A DNA stretch of 64,000 nt, counting the filler, from Jimgerdemannia flammicorona (lineage: Eukaryota), in assembly GCA_003990765.1 (NCBI GenBank). It is 3 parts of 3 records of this genome, joined end to end, with 100 filler letters (N's around TTAATTAATTAA, not from the genome) between each part and the next. Parts side by side here need not be neighbours in the genome. Positions count along the whole stretch, not along the records: positions 43,221 to 64,000 come from RBNJ01001588.1; 2 more parts are not named here. One strand, 5' to 3'. Positions 60,101-64,000 of this stretch are shown here, piece after piece; position 1 is the first letter of the stretch; every line of letters starts with the position of its first letter. The translations under genes were made by a program, and so were the position numbers. Under the pieces are notes generated by a model. That model saw nothing but the letters and a program-made list of their open reading frames with translations, did no database searches and was not told where the DNA came from.

Positions 60101-61348
60101 TTATGATTCGCGAACTAGAACCTCATTGGCAGTCATCACATTTTGCTTCTCTTGTATAGGTTTGTGGTACTTCTTGAGTCTGTTCCTGTATACCATAGTA
60201 GGCAGTATGGTCCCTGAGATTTTTCTAAGCCAGAAGGTAGTTCCCTTGATATCTTGCACATAGAAGGGTCCTTCCCATTTGGGCTCCAGTTTTCACGACC
60301 ATGAGGCTTCTACCATATTTCAATACAGTAGAACCTTTTCTCCAATTCGGATGGGTTCTAGAGCCTTGTGATTCTTTTCCGCATTCTTCCTTGTCAGTGC
60401 TTGTGACTTGGTGATGTAATCTTCAGCCTTCTTCCTGATTTGGTGTAGTCTCCGGATTTCTGCATCAACCCATCTCCAAGTTAGGTCTAGATTTGTGGCT
60501 GAGGTTCCATCAGAATCTTCTTCTCCAAAGAGCAGCTCTCTTGGGGTAAAATGTGTACTCTGTGACCATATGTCTTGTAGGACAGAGAGGGTGGTTGGGA
60601 GATAGTTATCCCAATTCTCATATGTCTCTGAGATCTTCACTAGGATGTTCTTGAGAGTCTTGTTGGTTCTTTCTGTCTGTCCATTTCCTTGAGGATGGTA
60701 TGCGGTGGTCTTGATGTGCTGGATCTTGTATTTCTGATACATTATCTCATGGAATCTATTGACAAATTCCGTTCTGCAGTCTGTTGTGATTTGCTTTAGT
60801 GTCTTGTAGTGGCAGATGATTTCTCGGTGCAGGAAGTCGGCTACAGAGAGGGCATTGGCTTCTTATAATTCTCCTGCCTCTATCCATTTGGTGAAGAGGT
60901 CTACAATAACTATAATATAGCAGTTTCCTGATAGTGTTACTGGTAGTGGTCCAATGATATCCATTGCAATGTGGTGGAAGGGGATAGGCTCAATTCTTGA
61001 TGACCCAGGTGCCTGGTCTTGCTGATCTTGTTTCTGTTTTTGGCACTTGTCACACCCTTTGACAAATTGGTGCAGGTCTTCTTCCATTTTGGGCCACCAC
61101 ATAGTTCTTCTTGCCTTGTTGTATGTGTTGGTTCCTCCTAAGTGTCCTTGCTTGTGTACTTCCTTCATTACTTGATACTTCTTGTGTTTGGGTATTACTA
61201 GCTTTCCTCCTTTTCTGAGTATAGTGTTGTCTAATTCAAACTGTTTCCAAGTCCAGTTGATGATGGTGATTGTCCAGGGTTTGAGGTGGTTGGGCATCTT
61301 CTGCTGCCCAAGGTAGCTGATTAATCCATAGTATAGCTCCTTATTCAT
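60101..61348 (-). pseudogene. Integrase ORF of element G (own ATG, in-frame stops)
   Basis: MNKELYYG...HKQGHLG...CDKCQ...MDIIGPLP...YHPQGNGQTERTN...KWEGPF...RLKKY, ending with TAA at 60101. Confidence 0.88.
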
Positions 61349-64000
61349 GTTGAATAGTCTTGATGGGGGTGTTTCGGGGTGTCCTTGAGAGTGTATCAGT
61401 ATTGGTGTTGGTCTTTCCTGAGTGGTGCTTGACAGTACAGTCATACTCTTGCAGCCTGTAGATCCATCTGGCATATATTCCTTTGGGGTTCAGAGTGTGG
61501 AATAGCTAGGCAAGAGCAGAATGGTCTGTTTGAATGGTGAAGTGTTTCCCAGCTAGGTAGTAGTGGAACTTGTCTACTGCCCAGACTACTGCTAAGCATT
61601 CAAGCTTGCATGACTCATAGTTCTGTTCTGCTCCATGGGTACCTCGGCTTGCATAGGAGATGACATATTCATGTCCATCTTTCTTCTGAGCTAGGACTGC
61701 TCCAAGTCCTATAGCACTTGCATCTGTCTACAGGATGAATTCTAGGTTCCAGTCTGGTCTTCTGAGGATGGGTGCTTGGGTCAACCTGGTCTTGAGTTCA
61801 TTGAAGGTTTCTTGGTGCTCCTTGGTCCATTCAAATTTGGTCTCCTTCTTCAGTAGCTCATAGATAGGTGCTGCAATGTTGGAGTATCCTTTGATAAATC
61901 TTCTGTAGTAGCTGGCCAGTCCAAGGAAGGCGTGGATTTCTGTGGTTGTTCTAGGTCTTGGGTAGGCTGCAATAGCCTCAATCTTCATGGAGTCTGTGTG
62001 GATTCCAGTCTGGTTGATGAGGTGTCCTAGGTAGGCGATTTCTTGAGCTGCAAACTTGCATTTCTTGGGCTTGATGTAGAGGCCATGCTCCTTGAGCCTC
62101 TTGAGGGCTAGCTGGATGTGATTGACATGTTCCCATGCTGTATTGCTGAAGATGATCACATCATCAATATAGACAAAGAGCCATTTTCCAATCTCGTTGC
62201 TGAAGACTCTGTTCATCATTCACTGGAAACTTGCTGGGGCATTGCACATTCCAAATGGCATTCGCAAGTAGATATAGGTGGTATCAGGTGTGATGAAGGC
62301 TGATTTCTTGCTAGCATCTTGAGTGAGACCAATCTGATAGAAGCCTGAGAACAGATCCAAGGTGGTGTAGTATTTGGCTTCACTTCCAAGGGTGGTAAGA
62401 ATTTCTTGAATATTCGGCAAGGGCTGCCTATCCTTCTTGGTGATAGCATTGAGCTTCCTGTAGTCAATGCAGAGTCTTGGCATAAACTCTCCAGGCTTGC
62501 TTCCTTTCTTCAGGGCTAGGACAATGAGTGAGGCCCAGGGGCTGATAGCTTGCTTGATGATTCCGGCTTCCTCCATTTCCTTGAGTTCGGCTTGCAGCCA
62601 CTCTCTGTAGGCAGGTGGTATGGGTTTGGCTTTCTGGTAGATGGGCTTGGTATCACCAGTGTCAACTTTGTGGTGGTACTTGGGTTCTTGATTGTGGATA
62701 TCCCTAAAGTCTGTAGCAAGTACTCCTTTGTTCTGGTGCAGAATCTTGAGAAGTTGTTCCTCCAGGGGAAAGTTTTCTCCAATTGTATATGTGTACTTGT
62801 TCTGATCCTTGTCTTTCTTGTGCTCAAGTTCAGTAATCTTGGTGGCAGCATAGGCTCCTCTTCCAGTAGATCCAAAGCCTTGTTCTCCTCTCTTGGTCTT
62901 GATGAGTTCAATGGCTTCTATGATCTTTGGCTTCTTGACTTCGTGGATCAGCATCTGGCCAATCCTGTCATGCTTCTTGACTTCAAAGGGGGTGGTGTGG
63001 TTGTGATTTCTGACTATGAGAAAGATCTCGCCAGTGTAATCAGGGTCAATTACTCCTCCTTTAACTGAGATTTCGCTTTTGGCCAGACTGCTTCTGGTCT
63101 TGATGATTCCAGCATAGTTTTCTAGTAGCTTGACTCCAATTCCAGTGCCAAGTAGGGTGGTGGTCTGTGGTTTGAGGGTAGCATCTTGAATACTGGCAAG
63201 GTCCATTCCTATGACTCCTTCAGTCTTGTATTCTGGGATCTTGGCTTCAGGGTGAAACTTCTTGTGCTTGAGGGTGATGTCTGATTCTTGTTCCTCCTCA
63301 TCATCACTGTCAGCTTGAAGCTCTGGGGGCTGGTCATCTTCTTCAGCTTTCCTTTTTGCTTTAGCAGCTTCTTGCTCATGTTTCTGTTGGCAGATTTTCC
63401 TGACTTCACTGATATAGGACCAGCAGTCATTCAGGTGTTCAGAGCAGTACATCCTAGTACCATGGGGGCATCTTCCTTGAGGGGCATAGCCATCGATGAT
63501 CTTGTTGTACCACTGCTCATCTGTGAGCTTGGGTGTCTTGCTCTTGTTCTTGTTCACCGAGTGCATGAAGACCTCTGTGTCTTCTTCATCTCCTTCCTCC
63601 ATGTCTGGTAGAACTCCTTTGTGGACATTGATAGAGACTCGTACCTTTCTTCCTCTGTAGTTGATCTGCATCTTCTGGGCATTGAGGTCAATGATGGCCT
63701 TGGCCTTATGAAGCCATTGGTTGCCAATGAGGATGTCATAGTTGGTGGTGCTTATAACAATCACATCTACTGGAATGGTAGCTCCTCCTATCTTGATGGG
63801 GACTTCTCAGATTTTGCCAAGGGGGGTAGCTCGTATACTGTCTGCTGTGACATAGACCATCTTGGTGGACTCTTCAATATCCCAACCTAGGCAGTCAATT
63901 GCCTTCTTGCTCATGAGGCATCCTCCAGCACCAGTATCAATGATGGCATCAAAGATACAGTCTTCGATCTGGCAGGGGGTATAGGCTGATGTCTTGCGCT
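61341..64000 (-). pseudogene. pol: PR-dUTPase-RT-RNase H polyprotein of element G, in-frame premature stops
   Basis: ORFs 62220-63764 and 61728-62219 lie in one frame. dUTPase at ~62860-63270 (GMDL, TRSSLAK, GGVIDPDYTGEI, DRIGQ, RGEQGFGSTG). Confidence 0.92.

Larger units (their letters stand above)
58276..64000 (-). mobile_element. Element G: Ty3/Gypsy element, 3' part (PR-dUTPase-RT-RH / IN, PPT, 3' LTR with U3 ORF); continues beyond window end
   Basis: IIDTGAGG, dUTPase motifs, [54 protein letters not shown] adjoining TGTAAC. Confidence 0.92.

Overview
Eukaryotic, most likely fungal, transposon-dense region with no recognisable host gene, rRNA, tRNA or CRISPR array. It holds seven Ty3/Gypsy (Metaviridae) LTR retroelements or remnants, labelled here A (1-4292), B (4447-20536), E (~34410-37406), D (37407-43120), C (43936-53781), F (~53787-57900) and G (58276-64000). 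It also holds five copies or fragments of L1/Tx1-like LINEs and two scaffold gaps with an artificial linker. Copies show a gradient of C->T/G->A decay (CpG loss, then TpA enrichment; RIP-like or methylation-driven). Main discovery candidate: three different LTRs (A, D, G) each carry in U3 a homologous ~270-330 aa ORF that I cannot assign to a known family. Each has its own TATA box, an Arg-rich N-terminus, a conserved core and an acidic/aromatic tail, and sits upstream of the LTR poly(A) signal, so each LTR could be a self-contained accessory-gene cassette. Also notable: integrase encoded as a separate overlapping stop/start ORF in the non-chromovirus elements, dUTPase at two different polyprotein positions, AUG-less gag extensions, and a TATA-AATAAA module shared by all LTR families. 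All calls come from reading the sequence by eye; no database searches were run.
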